From assembly GCA_013152415.1 (NCBI GenBank), contig JAADGI010000019.1, positions 130,000 through 193,999 of the forward strand: DNA of 64,000 nucleotides, in the 5' to 3' direction. A model generated the notes under the pieces. That model searched no databases. It was not told the DNA's origin and was given only the letters and a program-made list of their open reading frames with translations. Shown piece after piece: positions 1 to 7,758 of the stretch. This DNA is from Gammaproteobacteria bacterium. Its GTDB lineage: Bacteria; Pseudomonadota; Gammaproteobacteria; HyVt-429. A program made the translations under genes and the position numbers. The number at the start of each line of letters is the position of its first letter. Within the stretch, counting starts at the first letter, position 1.

Positions 1-978
1 TTGTCCCCACAGGCGTACCGGATCACCCACCTGAGCATCATCATGCTGACTCAGATCAACCGTCATCATGTCCATGGATACCCGCCCCACTAAAGGCGCG
101 GCGCGGCCATTAACGAGCAAAGGCGTACCATGGGGGGCATGACGAGGGTAGCCATCACCATAACCACCGGCCACCACGCCGATACGCATATCTTGAGGGC
201 AGACCCAGGTGCCGCCATAACCGACGCTATCACCCCGGCTCAGACTCTTGATGGAGATGAGCGCCGAGTCCAGGTCCATGGTGGGTTGCAAGCCAAGCTC
301 TTGGGCAGATTTGGCATCCACAGGCGATGACCCATAGAGCATAATGCCGGGCCGTACCCAATCGAGATGGGTATCTGGCCAAGCTACGACCCCGGCCGAG
401 TTGGCCAAACTCTTGGGCTCAGTGTAGACCGAACAAGCATTTATAAATTGGTCTAATTGCTTCGGCGTAGCGGGATCGCCTTGCTGATCCGCATTGGCCA
501 AATGTGACATGAAACCTATCAGGCGTACATTGTCCAGGACTAAAAGACGCTGCACCACATCGGTGACCGCAGTCGGTGAAAACCCAATGCGGTGCATGCC
601 GGTATCGAGTTTGACCCAAACATCCAAAGGCCCCTTGAATCGGGTGCTTTCAAGGATGCGGAGTTGCGTTTCGCTGTGAAGGGCAGCGGCGACCCCATAG
701 CCTGCCAACACCGTCAATTCGTAGGGCTCAAAGAAACCCTCAAGCAGGCATAAGGGTTTATCCACCCCCATTTCACGCAGATGAATAGCTTGATCGGTGG
801 TCAGCAAAGCAAAGCCGTCTGCGGCCTGAAGCCCCTGCACCGCACCTACCAAGCCATGTCCATAGGCATCGGCCTTCACCACCGCCATCAGCTTGCTGTG
901 CGGTGCGAGCTTTCGAGCAATGTTGAGATTGTGGGCGAGGGCCGCAAGATGGATCACCGCCCGCAGTGGCCGGGTCAT
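1..978 (-). CDS. alr: alanine racemase, partial (C-terminus runs off window start)
   Basis: Minus-strand translation from ATG at 978 reads MTRPLRAVIHLAALAHNLNIARKLAPHSKLMAVVKADAYGHGL. This is the canonical PLP-binding N-terminus (AVVKADAYGHG). The frame continues to position 1 with a GDPVRLWG-like C-terminal motif. It sits directly downstream of dnaB, as in E. coli. The ORF track does not list it because it has no stop within the window. Confidence 0.85.
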   Translation of the reverse strand, partial: MTRPLRAVIHLAALAHNLNIARKLAPHSKLMAVVKADAYGHGLVGAVQGLQAADGFALLTTDQAIHLREMGVDKPLCLLEGFFEPYELTVLAGYGVAAALHSETQLRILESTRFKGPLDVWVKLDTGMHRIGFSPTAVTDVVQRLLVLDNVRLIGFMSHLANADQQGDPATPKQLDQFINACSVYTEPKSLANSAGVVAWPDTHLDWVRPGIMLYGSSPVDAKSAQELGLQPTMDLDSALISIKSLSRGDSVGYGGTWVCPQDMRIGVVAGGYGDGYPRHAPHGTPLLVNGRAAPLVGRVSMDMMTVDLSQHDDAQVGDPVRLWGQ

Positions 979-1021
979 ACTATCGTGTTCCTGGTTTTGG
1001 AGGCTAAGGTCACTCTCGTGA

Positions 1022-2431
1022 TCAGTGACTGTAGTAATCGTCAAAGTCAGGACTGGAGTAGTTTTCAAAGCGCGTAAACTCACCGAGAAAGGTCAGCCGC
1101 ACCGTGCCGATGGGGCCATTACGTTGCTTGCCGACAATAATTTCGGCAATACCCTTTTCATCGGTATCGTCATTGTACACTTCATCACGGTAGATAAAGA
1201 TAATCACATCGGCATCTTGCTCAATGGCACCCGACTCACGCAAGTCGGACATGACCGGAATTTTCTTTTTTCCTGGCCGTTGTTCCAGGGCGCGATTCAA
1301 CTGCGACAAGGCAATCAACGGCACATCAAGCTCTTTGGCCAGGGCCTTCAGCGAACGGGTAATGGCAGAAACCTCGGTGGCGCGGTTTTCGTTGCTATCC
1401 CCGGACTGCATAAGTTGCAGGTAGTCGACCACAATCAAGCCAAGCCCGTGTTCATGGTCCCGGGCCAAACGCCGTGCCCGGGCGCGTATCTCCAAGGGGG
1501 TCAACGCCGGGGTGTCATCAATGTAGATAGGGGCTGACCCTAGCAGGTGTGCCGCCGAACTCAGCCGGGGCCAATCATCATCATTGAGCTTGCCGGTTCT
1601 GAACTTCTGCGCATTGATACGCCCGGTAGAGGCCAGCATACGCATGGCCAACTGGCTCTCAGGCATTTCCATGCTGAAGATGGCCACTGGCAGTTGGTGC
1701 CCCAGGGCGGCATTCTCGGCGATGTTCATGGCCAGGGCGGTCTTACCCATGGAGGGCCGGCCAGCAATGATAATGAGGTCCGCTTTCTGAAACCCCGAGG
1801 TCAATTCATCCAGATCTTTATAGCCGGTGGGTACACCGGTAATGGGGTTATCGGATTGTGATAGCAAATCGATACGATCCATCACCCCGGGCAGGGCCGC
1901 CTTCATGGACCGGAACCCTTTCTGGGTCTGGGTGCCATGCCGGGCCAGCTCAAAAATCTCCTTTTCTGCGGCATCCAGAATTTCGTCTGGGCGCCGCCCT
2001 TGAGGACTGTAAGCACTTTGGGCGATGCCATTGGCCACCTCAATCAAGCCCCGCAATACCGCCCGTTCGCGAACGATTCGGCCATAGGCCTCAATATTGG
2101 CCACACTAGGGGTGTTTTTGGCCAAACCACCAATGTAGGTCAAGCCGCCTGCGGCCTCGAGTTGGCCATTTTTTCCCAGCCACTCGGATACCGTCACCAC
2201 ATCAGCCGGGGAGTCAGACTCACACAAGCTGCGTGTGGCGGCGAAGATGAGACGGTGGTCGCGGCGATAAAAATCACTCTCCGCCACCAGATCGGCGATC
2301 TGTTCCCAGCGGCGAAAATCGAGTAACAAGCCCCCCAATACCGATTGCTCAGCCTCCAGGGAATGAGGTGGCAGCTTTAGCGTATCCGTATCCGGATCGC
2401 TACGCTGGGGCAGATAGACGGGCTCCTCCAA
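1022..2431 (-). CDS. dnaB: replicative DNA helicase DnaB
   Basis: Track ORF 1022..2464 (480 aa) has the PPHSLEAEQSVLGG N-terminal motif, the Walker A GRPSMGKTA, and the RecA-like C-domain. The true start is probably TTG at about 2431, preceded by GGAGG. The ATG-extended N-terminus would overlap the rplI terminator. Confidence 0.9.
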   Translation of the reverse strand: MEEPVYLPQRSDPDTDTLKLPPHSLEAEQSVLGGLLLDFRRWEQIADLVAESDFYRRDHRLIFAATRSLCESDSPADVVTVSEWLGKNGQLEAAGGLTYIGGLAKNTPSVANIEAYGRIVRERAVLRGLIEVANGIAQSAYSPQGRRPDEILDAAEKEIFELARHGTQTQKGFRSMKAALPGVMDRIDLLSQSDNPITGVPTGYKDLDELTSGFQKADLIIIAGRPSMGKTALAMNIAENAALGHQLPVAIFSMEMPESQLAMRMLASTGRINAQKFRTGKLNDDDWPRLSSAAHLLGSAPIYIDDTPALTPLEIRARARRLARDHEHGLGLIVVDYLQLMQSGDSNENRATEVSAITRSLKALAKELDVPLIALSQLNRALEQRPGKKKIPVMSDLRESGAIEQDADVIIFIYRDEVYNDDTDEKGIAEIIVGKQRNGPIGTVRLTFLGEFTRFENYSSPDFDDYYSH

Positions 2432-2449
2432 TTTTCCTCCGCAAATACA

Positions 2450-2490
2450 AATAAACAACGACAAAACAGCCGGGCTGTCGCCTCCCGGCC
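2450..2490 (-). terminator. rho-independent terminator downstream of rplI
   Basis: On the minus strand, GCCGGGAGGCGACAGCCCGGC (6-bp GC stem) is followed by TGTTTTGTCGTTGTTTATTT. Confidence 0.5.
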
Positions 2491-2637
2491 TGGGTTCGGT
2501 TTATTGTACTTAACTACGGCGGCGCTGAGCAGTCTTGACAAGACCGGATTTCCGATGCGCACTACCGGCTAACGGAACCCCAACTTTTCGTCCAGGCTTG
2601 CTGGTCAATAAAAATACAGGGGCACCCCCTAAAAATA

Positions 2638-3087
2638 CTAGGCTTCACCCACAATGGAGACAATAATGTGGGCTGCCACCTCGGGATGAAGGGAGAGTTT
2701 AATCTCATGGTCCCCCACCACCTTCAGCGCACCGTCGGGCAGTAGTATTTCGGCCTTGGCCAAGTCAAACCCTGCCTCAGTGGCAGCACTGGCGATGTCA
2801 GGGGCGCCGACAGAACCAAACAGCTTGCCCTCTTCACCCACCTTCATAAGTATCTGCACCGTGACACCGTTGAGTTTCTCACCCCGTGCACTCGCCGTCG
2901 CCAGGGACTCGGCACCTGCCACTTCCAATTCCGCGCGTCGGGCTTCAAACTCTTTGAGATTGGCTGCAGTGGCCGGTACGGCCTTGCCCTTGGGCACAAG
3001 ATAATTGCGGGCATAGCCGGCCTTTACAGAGACCTTGGTACCGAGATCACCCAGGTTGCGTACTTTTTCGAGCAAAATGACATCCAT
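2638..3087 (-). CDS. rplI: 50S ribosomal protein L9
   Basis: [36 protein letters not shown] is a typical L9 N-domain. The length is 149 aa. Confidence 0.95.
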   Translation of the reverse strand: MDVILLEKVRNLGDLGTKVSVKAGYARNYLVPKGKAVPATAANLKEFEARRAELEVAGAESLATASARGEKLNGVTVQILMKVGEEGKLFGSVGAPDIASAATEAGFDLAKAEILLPDGALKVVGDHEIKLSLHPEVAAHIIVSIVGEA

Positions 3088-3144
3088 CAAATAGTCCTCA
3101 TCATCAGTTCACGGGCATGGTTCTTGGCATGCCCGTTGGGGCCA

Positions 3145-3372
3145 CTAGTCGTGCTGATCGCTGTAGGGCAACAAGGCGATGTAACGCGCCAGTTTAATGG
3201 CCCGTCCCAGTTGCCGCTGATAGCGTGCCTTGGTGCCGGTATTGCGGCTGGGGATAATCTTACCGCTCTCGCTGACATAACCCTTCAGGGTCGCGATATC
3301 CTTATAGTCGATCTCATCGACCCCAGCGGCAGTAAAACGACAAAACTTTTTACGTCGAAAATAACGTGACAT
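3145..3372 (-). CDS. rpsR: 30S ribosomal protein S18
   Basis: [55 protein letters not shown] is an S18 signature. Confidence 0.95.
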   Translation of the reverse strand: MSRYFRRKKFCRFTAAGVDEIDYKDIATLKGYVSESGKIIPSRNTGTKARYQRQLGRAIKLARYIALLPYSDQHD

Positions 3373-3374
3373 AT

Positions 3375-3902
3375 CTAGGCCTCCTCAGGAACAGGTTGAT
3401 CTGATGGCTTTGCCTCGTCCACCCCGGATTCGGCCGTAGCTGCATTCGCATCGGGGGTATCTGTACCTTCTTCTTTGCCATCTGCGGCAGACTTCCCGTC
3501 CTCGCTGGCCTCTTTGTTATCCGCGGCAGGTTTCGCATCCTGGCGGTCTTCCTTGCTCTCTGAGCCGGAATCCTCGTCGTCACGGGTGTCTCTGGCCAAA
3601 GGCGACGCCTCAGTGATGGCCTTATCTCGTTTTAGCACCAAGGAGCGAATCACCGCATCATTAAACCGAAATGCATTCTCCAGCTCATCAAGGGAATCCT
3701 GACCACACTCTATGTTCATTAACACATAGTGGGCCTTGTGGATTTTATTGATGGGATAGGCGAGTTGGCGGCGACCCCAATCTTCCAGACGATGAATCTG
3801 GCCTTGGGTACCTTCAATCATAGTGCGGTACCGATCGATCATCGCTGGTACCTGCTCACTCTGGTCAGGATGGACCAGGAAAACAACTTCGTAATGACGC
3901 AT
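3375..3902 (-). CDS. rpsF: 30S ribosomal protein S6 with long acidic C-terminal tail
   Basis: [25 protein letters not shown] marks the S6 core. There is about 70 aa of D/E/K/A-rich tail. It directly abuts rpsR, with no priB between them. Confidence 0.95.
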   Translation of the reverse strand: MRHYEVVFLVHPDQSEQVPAMIDRYRTMIEGTQGQIHRLEDWGRRQLAYPINKIHKAHYVLMNIECGQDSLDELENAFRFNDAVIRSLVLKRDKAITEASPLARDTRDDEDSGSESKEDRQDAKPAADNKEASEDGKSAADGKEEGTDTPDANAATAESGVDEAKPSDQPVPEEA

Positions 3903-4331
3903 TGTAGCTCCTTACGGGTTAGTAGCCTCCTGTCACGCTGGACAGTAAGACAAGGAGTGTTGATCACCCAGCTATGCGGTGACCAAGAGAGCGCCGGAGT
4001 CTAAAGGAAAATGGCCCCACTGGAAAGCCGGAGGACAAACTAAATGGGGGTTAACCAAGGGCAGCGGGGGCTGTCGCCAATGCACCATGGAGAGGCTTGG
4101 TCTCACCCCAGGCCAAACGACCAATCACCCAGACGGCGTCACCGCTGAGGCATCACGCCTCTCCCGAAAACGCCCACGGAGAGGTCTGTGAATCACAGGT
4201 CCCTGCCAGGGAGGGTCTTGCCAATAGACGTTCGCCTGAGCGTTGCCACAACAGATGATCCATATCACTGAAACTCGAAGTGATCATGGTACTTTCCGGG
4301 ACTGGCTTTCCCTACTACCCTGTCTTTTTTG

Positions 4332-4347
4332 CTAGACTCAAGTCTAG
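4332..4347. promoter_or_regulatory. 7-2-7 inverted repeat CTAGACT-CA-AGTCTAG at the head of the RiPP-like operon
   Basis: Perfect 7-bp arms read directly. It lies in the only sizeable plus-strand intergenic region upstream of the peptidase-like/HprK-like/PqqD/rSAM genes. The track ORF at 4329 begins with TTG inside this repeat, so the real start is probably downstream. Confidence 0.3.
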
Positions 4348-4370
4348 TACAAGCCGTTTCAGCCTTGATT

Positions 4371-4832
4371 ATGACCCCCTTTCAAGCACCAAGCCCATCT
4401 CGCCACACCACGACACGGAATTGCAATGTGGTGACAGGATTACGGGAAATGGCCCGTCGGCGGGCCCTGTGGATGGATGTAACAGGGGATTGTATGGCAC
4501 CACAGCTCAATGCCAACCAGCAGGTCTGCGTCATCAACCGCCGCCTCTATTGGCCTGGTGATGTGGTGGCCTTTCGGGCCTGGGACGGCCAACTTCTGGT
4601 CCATCGGGTGTTGGGATATCGATTTAAAGGGGGCCACCCGGAACTGGTCACCTGCGCCGACCGTGCCAGCAAAAATGATGTACCGATCCAACTCGACCAA
4701 GTCATCGGTAAAGTGGTCGATGTAGCCCCTCCCAGCGACTTGCTCCCAATTTCCTTCTCATGCCGGGTCCGGGCAATCATTCGCTATTACCAACTGGCCT
4801 GGCGACAGATCAAGATACGTCTGAAAACATGA
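4371..4832 (+). CDS. signal-peptidase (S26/S24)-like protein with Cys/His in place of the Ser/Lys dyad
   Basis: VTGDCMAPQL aligns to the SPase I box B (SGSMxPTL) with Ser to Cys. LLVHRVLGY aligns to box D (VKRVIG) with Lys to His. The start is uncertain: ATG candidates are at 4371 and 4449. The stop overlaps the start of the next gene (ATGA). Confidence 0.5.
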   Translation: MTPFQAPSPSRHTTTRNCNVVTGLREMARRRALWMDVTGDCMAPQLNANQQVCVINRRLYWPGDVVAFRAWDGQLLVHRVLGYRFKGGHPELVTCADRASKNDVPIQLDQVIGKVVDVAPPSDLLPISFSCRVRAIIRYYQLAWRQIKIRLKT

Positions 4833-5746
4833 GCTTTGCCGATCGTTTTGTCCTGGATTCAGATCAATTTACCCCATCCTCACCGGGCCAAGCCTTTGGC
4901 AATCATCGGCTGGTGATTGATTTTGCCGGGGGCCCCTACGGATTTGATGGTCTGAGTGCGACACAAACGGATCGCATACGGGAACGCTTCCAAGACCTGT
5001 GTAGTGAGGACACATCCCGGCAAGTCAAAGTAAACACCCTTCTGTATCGCACACAAAACCGGTCTTTCCCTGACTTTGATCTCGACAATTGGGAATACAC
5101 TCTCGATTTTGAATACAAAGAGGCGTCTGTGGGTATTGCCGGCCTAAAATTCTTTGCCTACTTCGACCTCAGGCAGGGCAAGCAAAGCCATCTGTGGACT
5201 TCGACCGAAGATGATGATTATTTTACAGGTGTTTTCGAAAATTACTTTCGTGTAGTGGTGGCCTATCGACTATTAGCCTGTGGCGGAGTCTTGCTACACA
5301 GCGCCGGGGTAATCGATGAGGGCAATGCATACCTATTCTTCGGACCTTCTAACGCCGGCAAGACGACTGTTTCTCGTTTGAGCCAAGACAGTGGCCACAG
5401 TGTCTTGAGTGATGACATCAATGCCTTGCTGGCCGGACCCGCCCAGGATGTAGTCGCTGAAAAAATGCCATTTGCCGGTGAATTAGGTCAAACGGCAACA
5501 CCCAGTGGCACCTATCCGGTGCGCGGCCTGTTTCGACTCCACCAGGGGCCACGCAATGCTGTACGTGATATGCGTCCAAGCGAGGGTATCGCTGCCCTAG
5601 TGGCATGCTCACCTTATGTCAACGCCGACCCCGTCCGCCAGGACAGGTTGTTCGAGAACCTGGAGCACCTGAGCACCATTACGCCGGTACGTCATTTAAC
5701 TTTCTCCCTAGACCAACCTCTTTGGCCTTTACTCACAGGCCACTAA
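4829..5746 (+). CDS. HPr kinase-related P-loop protein (HprK-like C-terminal domain)
   Basis: HSAGVIDEGNAYLFFGPSNAGKTTVSRL...VLSDDINAL shows a GxxxxGKT P-loop followed by an SDD motif, as in the HprK/P C-domain. It is translationally coupled to the preceding ORF. Confidence 0.6.
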   Translation: MSFADRFVLDSDQFTPSSPGQAFGNHRLVIDFAGGPYGFDGLSATQTDRIRERFQDLCSEDTSRQVKVNTLLYRTQNRSFPDFDLDNWEYTLDFEYKEASVGIAGLKFFAYFDLRQGKQSHLWTSTEDDDYFTGVFENYFRVVVAYRLLACGGVLLHSAGVIDEGNAYLFFGPSNAGKTTVSRLSQDSGHSVLSDDINALLAGPAQDVVAEKMPFAGELGQTATPSGTYPVRGLFRLHQGPRNAVRDMRPSEGIAALVACSPYVNADPVRQDRLFENLEHLSTITPVRHLTFSLDQPLWPLLTGH

Positions 5747-5758
5747 AATGAGAGTAAC

Positions 5759-6067
5759 GTGACCCATCTATCCACTGTCTACAAACCGAGAAAGGATGTT
5801 CGCTACCGCATTGTTGCCGATGAGGCTGTGGTTGTACGCCAACAATCAACAGAGGTGCTTGTCCTTAACGAGGTCGCCGCACGTATATTACAGCTTCTGG
5901 ACGCACAGACTACGGTTAATGAATTGATCCATGCATTGGAAGCGGAGTTTGATATCGGCCCATCTCAACTTGAACACGATGTCATGGCTTTCATCAAGGA
6001 ACTTTTGAATGCCGGAGTAATTATGCCGGCAACATCCAACACGCCAAAAAGTAGCGATGAACTTTAA
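5759..6067 (+). CDS. PqqD-family protein (RiPP recognition element)
   Basis: 102 aa. YRIVADEAVVV...LNEVAARILQLLDAQTTVNELIHALEAEFDIGPSQLEHDVMAFIKELLNAGVI matches the PqqD/RRE pattern. Confidence 0.75.
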   Translation: MTHLSTVYKPRKDVRYRIVADEAVVVRQQSTEVLVLNEVAARILQLLDAQTTVNELIHALEAEFDIGPSQLEHDVMAFIKELLNAGVIMPATSNTPKSSDEL

Positions 6068-6085
6068 TGTAGCGGCAAACTCACC

Positions 6086-6364
6086 ATGAATATCACGCCA
6101 TCGACTCTGTTGAAAAAAAAATCCGACATCAGGCACCGAACTATTGATAATGAAGGCATTATCATGTGCCAGAATTCGGCAGACATTATCGCGGTAAATG
6201 CGGTTGGCAGCCGCATACTTGAACTCATAGACGGGCACAAAACTATTGACGACTGTCTGGCCATACTTGTTAACGAGTTTGACGTTGAGCCGTTGCAACT
6301 GCAACAGGACTGCCTGGATTTTATTTTAGACCTGATGCAAAACGATATTCTGGAATTGGCCTGA
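6086..6364 (+). CDS. PqqD-family protein (second tandem RRE)
   Basis: 92 aa. HRTIDNEGII...VNAVGSRILELIDGHKTIDDCLAILVNEFDVEPLQLQQDCLDFILDLMQNDIL is a paralogue of the preceding ORF. Confidence 0.75.
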   Translation: MNITPSTLLKKKSDIRHRTIDNEGIIMCQNSADIIAVNAVGSRILELIDGHKTIDDCLAILVNEFDVEPLQLQQDCLDFILDLMQNDILELA

Positions 6365-6387
6365 GTACAACCCAAAAACCTGACGCA

Positions 6388-7515
6388 ATGCCTACGCTAC
6401 TAGAAAAACTCAAGTCCAAGGCTGTGGCCAATAACCAGCTTCTTTCTGTAACCCTGGAACTCACCTATCGCTGCAATCTGGATTGTTTTATCTGCTATAA
6501 CGATCGTGACACCCAGGGCCAACTATTATCTTTAAAGCAATACAGGTCATTATTATTGTCGCTACAGAAAATGCAGGTGATGTTTCTCACCCTGACCGGC
6601 GGCGAACCCATGCTCCACCCGGAATTTTGGCCTATTGCTCAATATGCCCATGACCTGGGGTTTGTTGTGCGCCTTAAAACCAACGGTCACGCCCTTAACG
6701 ACAAACTGGCACTGAAGTTGAGAGAAGAAGTTGACCCGTCCATGGTGGATATCAGCATCCATGGTGCCAGTGCCGATACGCACGATAGGCAAACCAAGGT
6801 CCCAGGCAGTTTCACAAGACTGATGAGAAATCTTGAGATTCTGAATGGCTACGGGGTGAAGGTAAATTTGATGATGACCATAAGCCAATGGAATTTCTCT
6901 GAATTGGAAAGAATCCAGTCTCTAGCGGACTCATTGGGATTTCACTTGGATGCCTCTTCCACCATTACACCACGAGACAACGGGGATCGCATGCCCCAGT
7001 CCATTTCAATATCGTCTGAACAGACACGCCAATTGATAAGCCCGCAAACGGATCGTCTGGGTACGCAGGCCGTTCATTTTGACAACAATAGCCAACCTGT
7101 TTCAGGCACCCTGAACAAAGAAAATACTGCTGCTACAAAAGCAGACGAGCCGCCTGTTAACAAGCAATGTGGCTCAGGCTCATCTATTCTGGTCATTGAT
7201 CCCTATGGCCACGTTTACCCTTGCATGCAACTGCGCCGATTACTGGGAAATATTCACCATCAATCAATTGAAGAAATCTGGAGCCATTCACCGTCCCTCA
7301 AGGAAGTGCGAGACCTGTCCGCTGCGGCCAAACAATTGGTGGATTCATATGGAGAGGGATCAGAATACCTGGGCTACTGCATGGGATTGGCTGAACTGGC
7401 AACTGGTGATCCGGTTAAGATCTACCCACAAGCACAGCAACACTTCGAACTCACCCGAAAACTGCAGCGAGAAAGAATCCTCAAAAAACTGAGTCGATCA
7501 GTAACCCTTCGCTAG
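6388..7515 (+). CDS. radical SAM / SPASM-domain peptide-maturase-like enzyme
   Basis: CNLDCFIC is a CX3CX2C radical SAM motif near the N-terminus. GGEPMLHPEF is a SAM-binding motif. The C-terminal Cys-rich region (CGSGSS...YPCMQL...GYCMG) is typical of SPASM auxiliary clusters. Confidence 0.85.
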   Translation: MPTLLEKLKSKAVANNQLLSVTLELTYRCNLDCFICYNDRDTQGQLLSLKQYRSLLLSLQKMQVMFLTLTGGEPMLHPEFWPIAQYAHDLGFVVRLKTNGHALNDKLALKLREEVDPSMVDISIHGASADTHDRQTKVPGSFTRLMRNLEILNGYGVKVNLMMTISQWNFSELERIQSLADSLGFHLDASSTITPRDNGDRMPQSISISSEQTRQLISPQTDRLGTQAVHFDNNSQPVSGTLNKENTAATKADEPPVNKQCGSGSSILVIDPYGHVYPCMQLRRLLGNIHHQSIEEIWSHSPSLKEVRDLSAAAKQLVDSYGEGSEYLGYCMGLAELATGDPVKIYPQAQQHFELTRKLQRERILKKLSRSVTLR

Positions 7516-7538
7516 AGTGCAGCAACACCCCAATGACT

Positions 7539-7715
7539 TCAAGAACCCTGGATGATAGTACACATCCCAATAGGGGTTCCTATGGATTTGCCTGGGGTAC
7601 AGACCGCCGCCACCACTTCCAGGTGTTCCCTGGAGATAATCGCAGGCTTTTCATAGACACGTTTGACAGACCTGCAATCATCTGCTGATTTTTTTTCGGT
7701 CTTCCCGGTTTTCAT
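7539..7715 (-). CDS. candidate small Cys/Thr/Gly-rich peptide (possible RiPP precursor), 58 aa
   Basis: Hand-translated minus-strand ORF, too short for the track: MKTGKTEKKSADDCRSVKRVYEKPAIISREHLEVVAAVCTPGKSIGTPIGMCTIIQGS. It has a Lys-rich N-terminus, a YEKPxI motif and three Cys. It lies 43 bp downstream of the C25-like gene and converges on the radical SAM gene. There is no strong RBS. Confidence 0.25.
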   Translation of the reverse strand: MKTGKTEKKSADDCRSVKRVYEKPAIISREHLEVVAAVCTPGKSIGTPIGMCTIIQGS

Positions 7716-7758
7716 TTAGCAGAAATCCATATTGCTGGTACACACTTTGTAAACATAA

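Noticed and set aside
4329-4370. Use of the track start (TTG at 4329) for the peptidase-like ORF
   Set aside because: That start lies inside the 7-2-7 inverted repeat and adds 14-40 residues with no counterpart in S26/S24 domains. A downstream ATG is more plausible, though the exact start remains unresolved.
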